Source: Candidatus Latescibacterota bacterium
GTDB taxonomy: Bacteria; Latescibacterota; UBA2968; GCA-2709665
Assembly: GCA_965116875.1 (NCBI GenBank)
Contig: OZ220733.1
Location: forward strand, 640,001 to 704,000
Direction of reading: 5' to 3'
DNA: 64,000 nucleotides
Below are positions 1 to 8,465 of the stretch, in pieces. The translations under genes were made by a program, and so were the position numbers. Each line of letters begins with the position of its first letter. The stretch's first letter is position 1. The notes beneath the pieces were generated by a model. The model saw only the letters and a program-made list of their open reading frames with translations. It had not been told where the DNA came from and made no database searches.

Positions 1-18
1 GATTTGCGCGTTCATGGC

Positions 19-1677
19 TTACTCGATGAATTCCTCGGCCAATGGCAGCCTGGAAACAGCAATCGGTTCGCCGCTCCAGCCGATGGAATCGGTTTCGGAA
101 ACGAGCTCGAAGTCCACCGGAATGTCGATGCGAAATACGGCTCCTGCGCCCGGTCGGCTGATCATGCGCAGGTTTCCCCTGTGGGCGGATACGATGCGCG
201 AGCAGATGCTGAGGCCGAATCCATTGCCCTTTTCTTTGGTTGAGAACCCGGGATCGAAGATCCGGCCCTGGATCTCTTCGGAAATCCCCGGCCCGTCGTC
301 TTCCACTTCGATGAATACCGACGCCCGCTTGTTGTCGTAACCGGCCTGTACGGTGACTGCACCATCCTCGTTTACTGCGTCCAGCGCGTTGAGTATCAGG
401 TTGGTGACGGCTTCACGCAACATTCCGGGGTCGACCTTGACCTGGGGAACCCGCGGTTCGAATGCGAAGCGGAGCAACGTGCCGCCGGTCCGGCTCGAGA
501 CCGTCTTGCTGATGTTGCGCAACAAAAGCGGAATATCGACCAGTGTGGGATTCAGCGGGTCCTGCTTCATGCTGCGCAGGTAGGCGACCCACTGGTCGTA
601 TATGTGTTCCTGATCGCGGGCGATTTCTTTCAGGCCATCGAGTACCGCGTTGTCCTTCGGGACGTTTCGAATCAGCCGGCGTGTACGGCTCCCCACCAAA
701 CCCATCAGGTTCTTTATCTGGTGGCCACGCGTGTACAGGCTCTCACCCACCTGCACGCGTCCCATGTCGATGAGCTCGAGGGACAACCTTGCAAGAACCG
801 AGGCAGCCTTTGTGCCGAATTCTTCGATGATGGTCGTATATTCCTGCTCCATCTGCGCCGAACTCTTGTGATCGAACAAGAGATGCGCCAGATTCCTGTA
901 GGGCAGCGCGTAATCCGGCTCGAGCTGAATGGCGATCTTGAATGCGCCCAGGGCCTGAAGGGTCTGACCGGATTGCATGAGCAGAACGCCAAGGTTGTTG
1001 TGACCCGGTGCGAACAGCGGATTCGCTTCCAGGCCACGACGGTATACGGCAATGGCTTCATCGGCGTTTTCCGGAAGGTCGTCCAGAAAGCTGGCGAGCA
1101 GGAAGCAGGTACCGTCCACGTTGCCGTAGGGGACGCCGCGATCCACAGTCTCCAGAATATAACGAAGCGTTTCGACCGCCTGTCGCCTACCCCTGGATCC
1201 CGATTCCACGCCCTCCGCCCGCAATAGCGCCAGTTGAAAATGCGCCTCAAGGTGGTCCGGCTTACCCGCGATGGCGGACTCGAAGGCCTCCAATGCGCCA
1301 TCGGCGCCCATCTTGAGCAGGCACATACCGATTTTGAAGTGCAGGTCCGAATTGTTATCGGTCAAGTCCAGCGCACGCTCGAAGCTTGTGAGCGCATGCT
1401 GCCAGCTTCCCCTGCTATATTGGACGACACCCAGGTTTTGGAGCGCACGAAGGTTGCCGGCGTCGTGCCTCAACGCCAGAGCGTAAGCGGCCTCAGCTCT
1501 CGACAGGTCCCCGGTTTCCAATGCAGAATCGCCGTCGCGGCAATGCCTCCGTGCGTCTGCATTCGCGGATTCCGGGAGGGTCCGAACGAAACCTATACGG
1601 TCGGACGGCGCCGGCCCACTGTTTGATATTTCGGATTTGGTCAACGGGTTACTCCACGATAAACCTTGATTCCCCAT
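19..1677 (-). CDS. TPR-repeat histidine kinase (soluble)
   Basis: N-terminal TPRs (e.g. ALQNLGVVQY, GHNNLGVLL); HisKA-like HQIKN; HATPase boxes NLILNALDA, DDGPG, FDPGFSTK, GNGFGL; no TM helix. Another ORF (MNAQI...) starts at 15 on the minus strand and runs off the window. Confidence 0.88.
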   Translation of the reverse strand: MGNQGLSWSNPLTKSEISNSGPAPSDRIGFVRTLPESANADARRHCRDGDSALETGDLSRAEAAYALALRHDAGNLRALQNLGVVQYSRGSWQHALTSFERALDLTDNNSDLHFKIGMCLLKMGADGALEAFESAIAGKPDHLEAHFQLALLRAEGVESGSRGRRQAVETLRYILETVDRGVPYGNVDGTCFLLASFLDDLPENADEAIAVYRRGLEANPLFAPGHNNLGVLLMQSGQTLQALGAFKIAIQLEPDYALPYRNLAHLLFDHKSSAQMEQEYTTIIEEFGTKAASVLARLSLELIDMGRVQVGESLYTRGHQIKNLMGLVGSRTRRLIRNVPKDNAVLDGLKEIARDQEHIYDQWVAYLRSMKQDPLNPTLVDIPLLLRNISKTVSSRTGGTLLRFAFEPRVPQVKVDPGMLREAVTNLILNALDAVNEDGAVTVQAGYDNKRASVFIEVEDDGPGISEEIQGRIFDPGFSTKEKGNGFGLSICSRIVSAHRGNLRMISRPGAGAVFRIDIPVDFELVSETDSIGWSGEPIAVSRLPLAEEFIE

Positions 1678-1738
1678 TTTTCGAGGACGTTAATTCGAAT
1701 ATGTGTCAGTTAACCTCTTTTATTCATGAAACCCAAAC

Positions 1739-1810
1739 GAACATGGATAAACAGGATAGACAGGATAAAAGCCAAAACCGAACAGGATGAGAAACCAGGA
1801 GCAGGACAAA
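1739..1810 (+). repeat. CAGGAT-rich short interspersed element (AACATGGATAAACAGGATAGACAGGAT)
   Basis: Imperfect tandem CAGGA(T) units; a closely similar core occurs reverse-complemented near 39290-39325 and, more diverged, near 39660-39695. Confidence 0.6.
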
Positions 1811-2137
1811 TGCTCACTTTTCCGCGCTAGAATAATCGACGCCTACCTCTGCAAACTGCGCAACATCACACCGAACAGCCAGATTCCGCATTTCTTCAGG
1901 TGCTGTCGTAAAAAACCTCGTGGTATTTATCGAAATACAACCGGTTATACAACAGAACCACCGGTCTTTGTGAATAATTCAGGTTAAAAAGGCGATTAAA
2001 CTGCTGATTACCAGGATACACCAGGACACTGTACATGCACGGAAAAAATGTCCTTCATGACGACCATTTCGGCCCGTTTCGAAAGGTTTCGTCGCGGTGC
2101 CGCGTTGCGGCTCTTGCGGAATTGAGGTTTATCGGAT

Positions 2138-3652
2138 CTATTCGGAGGATTTTCCCGTTTCGGCGTCATTGCCGTCCGCAGGATTCACCCCGCCTGCCAT
2201 CCTTCCCAGAAACTCCGGCAGTTCCAGACCGGCCAGTTTTGCCAGTTCGTGCATGGGAGGAATCGCGCCCATCAGACGCTGACCGAGGTTGGACATACCT
2301 CCCTGTCCGTTGCCTCCGTCCCAGACCACGATCTTATCCAGCGGCAGATTCCGAATGGCTTCCGCCTGAATGCCCGCAACCTCTGTCAGCCGTTCGACGA
2401 TGAGGAAAGCGGCGGCAGCCTGGTCTTTACCGCCGCAGGCGGCGACCAACTCCTTATAACCCTCTGCCTTGGCATCCAGAATGGCCTGGGTGCCCTCCGC
2501 TTCAGCCCTCCGCTCAGCCAGGATCGCGGCGGCCTCGCCTTCGGCCACGAGTGTTTTCCGGGCTTTCTCGGCCTGTGCCTGCACAACCAGCTTTTGCTTT
2601 TGCGCTTCGGCCTCTACGACGATTTCGGCTCTAAGGCGGGCTTCTTCGCGTAGCGCCCGGGCGTCCTCTGCCTCTCTCTCCGCCTTTTCCTGTGCGACCC
2701 GGATGGCGCCGTCGGCTGCCCTGGCAGCCTCCTGTCCCTTTTGGCGCGCAACCTCTTCGGCCACGGTCTGCTGCGCCATGTAACCGGCCTTTTTCGAATC
2801 GGCCTCCGTCTCGGCCTGAACCGCTTCCGCATCCAGAGCAGAGACCATCCGGCGTTTGTTCCTGGTGGCCTCTGCCTCCCCGATCTGGGCCTCGGATTCC
2901 AGTGCGGCAACCCTCTGGCGCCTGTCCCTGGCGGCTTCGGCCTCGCCGATGTCCGCAGCCGCGTTCGCCGCAGCCACGTCCGTGCGCTGGTCCCTTTCCC
3001 GCTCGGCCACGCCCACCTTTCCCATTTTTTCCTGCTCGGCCACGTCGATAGACGCCTGATTGATGGCTTCGGCGGCCGCCTTCTGACCAAGGGCTTTGAT
3101 ATAACCGCTTTCGTCTTCGATATCCTTGATATTCACATTGATCACGGCCAGCCCGACTTTCTCCATTTCCGTTGACACGGCTTCATTGACCTTGGACATA
3201 AACGCCTGTCGGTCCTGGTTGATTTCTTCGATTTCCATGGTGGCAATCACCGCCCGCATCTGGCCCAAGATGATGTCCTGCGCCTGACTCTGGATCTGTT
3301 CGCGGGAAAGGCCCAGGAGCCGGATCGCCGCATTCTGCATCACGCCCTCATGATTGGAAACCGCCGCGGTGACGGTTGTGGGAACGGACACACGGATGTT
3401 CTCCTGAGAAAGCGCGTTGTCCAGGTCTATGGGAACGACGAACGGTTCCAGGTCCAGATATTCATAGTCCTGCAGGAGCGGAAGAACGAACGCCGCGCCC
3501 CCGTGAACGCACTTTGCGGCCCCCTTTCCGGTTTTTCCGTAGACGACCAGTATCTTGTTGGACGGACACCGTTTGTACCTGGAAATAAACGTCACGAAGA
3601 GAAGAAACACCACAAACAGCAATATGATTGTCAGAATCGTCTCCGTTGCCAC
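2138..3652 (-). CDS. Flotillin / SPFH (band 7) family protein
   Basis: N-terminal TM, SPFH domain (GGAAFVLPLLQDY, LGQMRAVIATMEIEEIN), long Ala/Glu coiled coil, C-terminal DKIVVWDGG motif. Confidence 0.92.
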   Translation of the reverse strand: MATETILTIILLFVVFLLFVTFISRYKRCPSNKILVVYGKTGKGAAKCVHGGAAFVLPLLQDYEYLDLEPFVVPIDLDNALSQENIRVSVPTTVTAAVSNHEGVMQNAAIRLLGLSREQIQSQAQDIILGQMRAVIATMEIEEINQDRQAFMSKVNEAVSTEMEKVGLAVINVNIKDIEDESGYIKALGQKAAAEAINQASIDVAEQEKMGKVGVAERERDQRTDVAAANAAADIGEAEAARDRRQRVAALESEAQIGEAEATRNKRRMVSALDAEAVQAETEADSKKAGYMAQQTVAEEVARQKGQEAARAADGAIRVAQEKAEREAEDARALREEARLRAEIVVEAEAQKQKLVVQAQAEKARKTLVAEGEAAAILAERRAEAEGTQAILDAKAEGYKELVAACGGKDQAAAAFLIVERLTEVAGIQAEAIRNLPLDKIVVWDGGNGQGGMSNLGQRLMGAIPPMHELAKLAGLELPEFLGRMAGGVNPADGNDAETGKSSE

Positions 3653-3746
3653 TGCAATCCCTCCTCGACTGAATATTGCACCGTTGAATGAGTTCTTTCC
3701 CGTGGAAAATCCGGGCTGGCCGCAAATCTCAAGTTGATCCGGCTTC

Positions 3747-4343
3747 TCATGATTTCAGGGGCTCCACCTCCAGCGTGTTCGCGCTTACAACGCGGAGAAT
3801 GCGCACCGGCGTCCTGGCGGAAACCGACATGCCGTTTTTTCCGCGGGCGGTTACGTAGGCGACCGTCCCGCTCTCCATCACCCTGACCTGTCCCGTGCCG
3901 CCTTCCGGTATATCCAGATATACTTCCCCCGACGTGCCTACGCACGTATCCAGGCTGGCGTTTCCTGTCTCGGTAAGCTGCCGGATACCGTGGAAAAAGT
4001 AGGCCACGACCGCCATGCCCGCGCTGCCCCATACAAGCGCGTAGACAAGGGCAGTTCGAACTTCCAGGCCCCTTTGGAGATACAGGGCGCCCGCCCACCC
4101 GAACAGCATGCCAAAGGCAATGAGGGACCTGATAGACAGCAGCTTGAATGAGGCAACCGTACCGTCGTTGAACTCCGGCCCGGTGTCGCCAAAGTTCGCG
4201 TCTCCGGAGATCCCCGCGTCCGTGCCTCCTCCGAGTCCGAGCAAAGCCGCGAGCAGTTGCCAGACGAAAAACGCACTGAAGAATATCGCCACGACGTAGA
4301 AAATCTGGTTGAGTACGGTCAGTTGCATCCACCAGGCATCCAT
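3747..4343 (-). CDS. NfeD-like membrane protein (flotillin partner)
   Basis: Three TM helices plus C-terminal OB-fold (VGTSGEVYLDIP..GTGQVRV); start set at MDAWW with AAGGGAG RBS; directly upstream of flotillin. Confidence 0.85.
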   Translation of the reverse strand: MDAWWMQLTVLNQIFYVVAIFFSAFFVWQLLAALLGLGGGTDAGISGDANFGDTGPEFNDGTVASFKLLSIRSLIAFGMLFGWAGALYLQRGLEVRTALVYALVWGSAGMAVVAYFFHGIRQLTETGNASLDTCVGTSGEVYLDIPEGGTGQVRVMESGTVAYVTARGKNGMSVSARTPVRILRVVSANTLEVEPLKS

Positions 4344-4470
4344 ATCCGGCTCCCTTCTTCGAATCTCCTTGAATCTGCGCCGCCGATCTCCTGCATGCGG
4401 ACTAACGGTCCGCGTCCGGCTGACGCCTTGCATCGCGAAATGTGATATAGAATATTCTCTGCGTCAACCC

Positions 4471-4487
4471 AAAACCGTTACGGTTTT
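4471..4487. promoter_or_regulatory. Palindrome AAAACCGT-T-ACGGTTTT upstream of nfeD (possible operator)
   Basis: Perfect 8-1-8 inverted repeat in the sigma-nfeD intergenic region, just upstream of a TTGACG hexamer on the minus strand. Confidence 0.35.
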
Positions 4488-4574
4488 TGCCCCGAATGCG
4501 ACAGCATGACAACCGCTGAGAACTCCCTTTCGGGCACTGGAACGGGATCGTCAGAAACTTGCAGGCGCGCAGCC

Positions 4575-5150
4575 TCAGGAGGGTACCAGTCCCCGTTTTC
4601 TGAATTCGCCCTTCAACTGGTAGCGTCCGCGGTTGAGCCAGGTCTTGACCGTTCCCATAGGTATCTGAAGCGCGTGGGTAATCTCCTCGTAGGACCAGTC
4701 GCGAACATAACGCATCCAGATGACTTCGCGATATCTCGCAGGCAATGCGTGAATGCTCTTTCTCACGAGTTCACGCCGCTGGTTTCGCTCCACCGTGGAC
4801 TCAGGATTCTCGCCCGCGGCGGGCAGGCGCGTGGATTCCACCAGTGCGGCCGGATCTTCGGTTACCACTGTCCACCGCCGGCGCACCTGCTGTTTGCGGA
4901 AGTGGGACTTGTGGACGTTCAGGGCGATCTGGGTAAGCCATGTTGTGAACGCGGCATCACCTCGATAGGTGCCAAGGGCGGTAAATGCCCTCAAAAACGC
5001 GGTCTGTACGAGATCCTGTGCGGTTTCCGGGTCGCTTGTTCGACGCACCATCGTGGCGTAGATCTGTTCGTGACAGGACCGGTAAAGGACGCCGAACGCA
5101 GCCGCGTCGCCTTCGACGGCCCTCCGGACCAGATACCGTTCGTTTTTCAT
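4575..5150 (-). CDS. ECF RNA polymerase sigma factor (sigma-70 family)
   Basis: Region 2 (AQDLVQTAFLRAF..FTTWLTQIALN) and region 4 (SYEEITHALQIPMGTVKTWLNRGR). Confidence 0.93.
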   Translation of the reverse strand: MKNERYLVRRAVEGDAAAFGVLYRSCHEQIYATMVRRTSDPETAQDLVQTAFLRAFTALGTYRGDAAFTTWLTQIALNVHKSHFRKQQVRRRWTVVTEDPAALVESTRLPAAGENPESTVERNQRRELVRKSIHALPARYREVIWMRYVRDWSYEEITHALQIPMGTVKTWLNRGRYQLKGEFRKRGLVPS

Positions 5151-5181
5151 TTATGTGATTTCCTCTCTAAAGTACGGTCGA

Positions 5182-5358
5182 TTATCTGGAATCACCGGTA
5201 AGCAGCCGGTAACCCACGTAGATCAGGATAAACGACACCAGCAGTTTCAGGAGCAAAAACACGATTTCCAGTGACATGCCAATGAGCTTGAACGCTTCGA
5301 AAATGCCGAGGTACGCGCCGATGGCGATAAGGATGATGCCGAGGATCTTTGCGAGCAT
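5182..5358 (-). CDS. Small two-TM membrane protein (58 aa), not in the ORF track
   Basis: Hand-translated MLAKILGIILIAIGAYLGIFEAFKLIGMSLEIVFLLLKLLVSFILIYVGYRLLTGDSR*, with AGGAAAGG RBS; fills the gap within the cluster. Confidence 0.75.
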   Translation of the reverse strand: MLAKILGIILIAIGAYLGIFEAFKLIGMSLEIVFLLLKLLVSFILIYVGYRLLTGDSR

Positions 5359-5432
5359 GGGTTTTCCTTTCCTGTTCGGAGTGTTTCAGTTAACGACAAC
5401 GTCCTGACTGAATTCCGGAAGAAACTGGTTGT

Positions 5433-6008
5433 TCAGACGCTGGTTCTGTTTCGCCTGAGCCTTTCATCCAGGGTGATGATCACTTCCTGGAGGTCGTTCA
5501 GGCGCTGATCCACGGCGTCCAGCCGCGATTCCATTCGCTTTGCCCGTTCGGGATTCATCCCCTTGCCTTCCCTCTTTTTTCTCAGGTGTATATAGCTCAC
5601 AAGGCCCCCTGCGAAAATAATCAGACAGATGCCGATGCCAATTTCCATCGCGATGCCCAGACCCGTTCCGGATTGAGCCAACTCAAGCCTGTTTGCGACA
5701 TCCTCGAGTTTTCCGGCAGTTGACTCCAATCGTTTCTGGTTGTCCAGGAAACGTCTCACACCCTCGCCAGTCAGCCCGGCGGTATTGTCGGCCAGGGCGA
5801 CTGTGGGAATGTCATCGGCGCCAGGAAGCAGGTTCCACCGTTCCGACGTGAATGCCCAGATTCCGAATCCGACGGCCGCCACCGCCAGGAAAATCCCCAC
5901 AGTGGATCCACTTGGCTTCTTGTTGCCGGGAGTCATCAGATAAACGGAGTATCCACCCGCAACCATCAGCAGACAAAGTGCCAACGCCAGTTCCAGTATC
6001 CAGCTCAT
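5433..6008 (-). CDS. Membrane protein with C-terminal PspB-like coiled coil
   Basis: Three TM helices; C-terminus ESRLDAVDQRLNDLQEVIITLDERL is paralogous to the protein at 6543-6758. Confidence 0.7.
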   Translation of the reverse strand: MSWILELALALCLLMVAGGYSVYLMTPGNKKPSGSTVGIFLAVAAVGFGIWAFTSERWNLLPGADDIPTVALADNTAGLTGEGVRRFLDNQKRLESTAGKLEDVANRLELAQSGTGLGIAMEIGIGICLIIFAGGLVSYIHLRKKREGKGMNPERAKRMESRLDAVDQRLNDLQEVIITLDERLRRNRTSV

Positions 6009-6074
6009 ACTTTCCCTCCTCTGAGTTTCCCGCGTTTCGACTGTGCGGCGACGGCATTCCGACGATTTGAAATC

Positions 6075-6449
6075 TCAAGCCACTTTTTTGACGTTCCGGC
6101 TGGTGGTCTCCGTCGTACCGTTTTCGATCTCGTCAACCTTGAAAAAACGCGAGAGTCCAGTTACTGAAAGGACCTTTCGGATCCGACGGGAAACGCCGCT
6201 CAACCTCAGGTCGCCACCTGCGTTTCGCGTGGTTTTCAAGCCACTTGCCAGTTCACCCAGCATTGCGGCGCCCAGGTGGTTTACATGCGAAAGATCGACC
6301 ACTACCGTGCGAGCGCCGCTGTTTGCCAGGTTGGATATCTTGCGTCGCAGAGGCGCCGCGTCCATCCTGCTGATCGTGTCGCCACTCAGGGAGACGACGA
6401 CCGTTCCGTCGTGATTCCGGTCGCTTACGTGAATGCGTTGTGAATTCAT
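6075..6449 (-). CDS. STAS domain protein (anti-sigma factor antagonist-like)
   Basis: VVVSLSG...VVVDLSHVNHL...GGDLRLSGV...VLSVTGL matches the STAS pattern; the usual DSSG phosphoserine motif reads GAAM. Confidence 0.85.
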   Translation of the reverse strand: MNSQRIHVSDRNHDGTVVVSLSGDTISRMDAAPLRRKISNLANSGARTVVVDLSHVNHLGAAMLGELASGLKTTRNAGGDLRLSGVSRRIRKVLSVTGLSRFFKVDEIENGTTETTSRNVKKVA

Positions 6450-6542
6450 GATTCAATTCCCCGTGTTTCCAGGCAGGTCCGATTCCGGTACCTCGGTACG
6501 TCTGCTCGCCTTTCTACGGTCAATCGACCCGGCAGGCTCCGA

Positions 6543-6758
6543 TCAAGACCCGCCTCCCGAGCCCCGGCGATTCAGCTTTTCATCGATCGCGATCATGATT
6601 TCCTGGATATCGGTCAGCCTCCTGTCAAGGTCGTCCAGTCGGGCATTCAGGCGCTCCTCGACCTTGCCGGGGACGGTACCCTTTGTCTGCCGCTCGACGT
6701 ATTTGAGGACCGCCACGGCCAGGACGATCAGCGCAACGCCAATACCGACTTCAAACAT
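6543..6758 (-). CDS. Small single-TM protein with coiled coil (PspB-like)
   Basis: MFEVGIGVALIVLAVAVLKY TM followed by EERLNARLDDLDRRLTDIQEIMIAIDEKL; GGAGGG RBS before ATG 6758. Confidence 0.7.
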   Translation of the reverse strand: MFEVGIGVALIVLAVAVLKYVERQTKGTVPGKVEERLNARLDDLDRRLTDIQEIMIAIDEKLNRRGSGGGS

Positions 6759-6784
6759 GACATCCCTCCGTTCATTTAAAGAAA

Positions 6785-7426
6785 TCAAAGGTCATCCACC
6801 GGTTTCGCCCGGTATTTTTCGGATCCGCGTTCAATTTCGGGAAAGTGATACACAACAAGACCGGACTCGGACACCCGCACCTCGGCGCTGCCGCCGACGG
6901 CCAATTCACGAAGGATCTCTTCCGCCACTCCCACGGTCATCCTCCCGTCGGTAGCCGCCTCCACAACGGTAAGGCTGCCGCCCTTTTCGCGGGCAAGCCT
7001 GAGCAGACGGTGTTGGTATTGCGCGTACCGCTTGTTCTCGGCCGAGACGTGGACCTTGCGTCCGGTCAGCCAGAAAACCAGCGCGAGAGCGACAACGGCA
7101 ATGCCCATGAAAAAGTCAACCGGGCTCAGGATGAAACCGGATGTCCGGAAGCCGGAAAAGATCATGCCCGCCAGGCCACCGAAAACGAACACAATTGCTG
7201 TACCTTTCAGCATGAACGCGAAGGCGTATCGCATAGCGCAACTCCCGTCAGTAGCCAGGTCAGAGAATCGGAAGGACAGCCGACGCGACCGCGGGTAACG
7301 AACCGGTCCCGGCTCTTGCCGCACGGGCCGAGTCACCTTGAAATCACGCCACGCATCTGTTGCGTCGCGCATCGTCCTGTCGATCTCGTACGCGATTTCG
7401 TCCAGGATTTTTCGAAATTCACGCAT
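6785..7426 (-). CDS. Two-TM membrane protein with C-terminal winged-helix-like domain
   Basis: Two hydrophobic helices, then LLRLAREKGGSLTVVEAA...GLVVYHFPEI; overlaps the pspA stop codon. Confidence 0.7.
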   Translation of the reverse strand: MREFRKILDEIAYEIDRTMRDATDAWRDFKVTRPVRQEPGPVRYPRSRRLSFRFSDLATDGSCAMRYAFAFMLKGTAIVFVFGGLAGMIFSGFRTSGFILSPVDFFMGIAVVALALVFWLTGRKVHVSAENKRYAQYQHRLLRLAREKGGSLTVVEAATDGRMTVGVAEEILRELAVGGSAEVRVSESGLVVYHFPEIERGSEKYRAKPVDDL

Positions 7427-8096
7427 CGGATTTACGCAGTTTGTTCTTCAGCGCCTCGAGTTCGTCTTCCACCGTGTTCCGTCGCTCCAGTTTTTCGAAA
7501 CTGTCGTCGAGCGAGGGGTCTTCACCCACGATTTCCGCGTGCGCGGAAGCCTCAGCTTCTTCATTCTCAACCCGGCTCCGAAAGCGTTCAAAGCTGGAAA
7601 AGGCGTCGTCGCCAACGCCCGAGAGGCCCTGGGCGATCTGCTTCCGCGCCTGGGCGGCGCGTCGCCGTGCGATGAGGGCGCCCTGGCGGGTGCGTGCCTC
7701 GTCCAGTTTGGATTTGAGCTGCCCAAGCTGTTTCTTGAGCTGATTGGAGGTCTTATGGCTCTCGTCGAATGCGACTTCCAGGTCCACGGCGGCTTTTTCC
7801 AGCGTGGCCTTGCGTTCCAGCGCGCGCCGGGCGAGGTCGTCTTCGCCGGATTCCACCGCCAGTTCGGCCTTCTTCTGCCAGGCTTCGATCTGGTCGGTCT
7901 TGTCCAGCAGTTGACGCTCCAGGCGTTTCTCGTTGGCCACGGCGGTCCCCACCGATGCCGTCGCCTTGTTAACGGCCTCCTCCATTTCGAGGATCATCTG
8001 CCGGATCATCTTCTCCGGATCTTCCGCGCGATTCAGCAGGTCGTTTATGTTGGCCTTGATGATGTCAGCCATTCTGGAGAAAATCCCTTTGGCCAT
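7419..8096 (-). CDS. pspA: Phage shock protein A / IM30 family
   Basis: MAKGIFSRMADIIKANINDLLNRAEDPEKMIRQMILEM hallmark, AELAVESGEDDLARRAL; AAGGAG RBS. Confidence 0.95.
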   Translation of the reverse strand: MAKGIFSRMADIIKANINDLLNRAEDPEKMIRQMILEMEEAVNKATASVGTAVANEKRLERQLLDKTDQIEAWQKKAELAVESGEDDLARRALERKATLEKAAVDLEVAFDESHKTSNQLKKQLGQLKSKLDEARTRQGALIARRRAAQARKQIAQGLSGVGDDAFSSFERFRSRVENEEAEASAHAEIVGEDPSLDDSFEKLERRNTVEDELEALKNKLRKSDA

Positions 8097-8186
8097 GGTC
8101 GTACTCCTTTCTCTTGCGGGCCGGTAGCCCGCCACGGTTAAAAGATCCAACTCAGACATTTATCCAACGTTCTGCCAACGACATAT

Positions 8187-8202
8187 TGCAAGGGCCGTGC
8201 CC
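8187..8202 (-). promoter_or_regulatory. Sigma54 -24/-12 promoter of pspA cluster
   Basis: Minus strand GGGCAC-GGCCC-TTGCA (GG-N10-GC) about 90 bp upstream of pspA; AT-rich tract upstream at 8222-8260. Confidence 0.8.
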
Positions 8203-8465
8203 GTATGACAAAATGCCGTCGAATTATATAAATAACTGTTATTTTTTAAGTTATATTTCAAGCAGATGGATGACTGTCAATGGTTGTTGGTGAAATACAC
8301 CGTACGCAAGGCGAAAACAACCGATTTGGAATGTCAACGGACGTTCCTTTACTGCCGGAGCCGACTTGTCTTTTGCGGACAAATGGCGTAAAATCTGGAG
8401 TGTTCTCTCGGGAAAGACGGGCAGGTGCGCCCTTCGGTCAACTCATGCTTTCGCGGATTACGACA

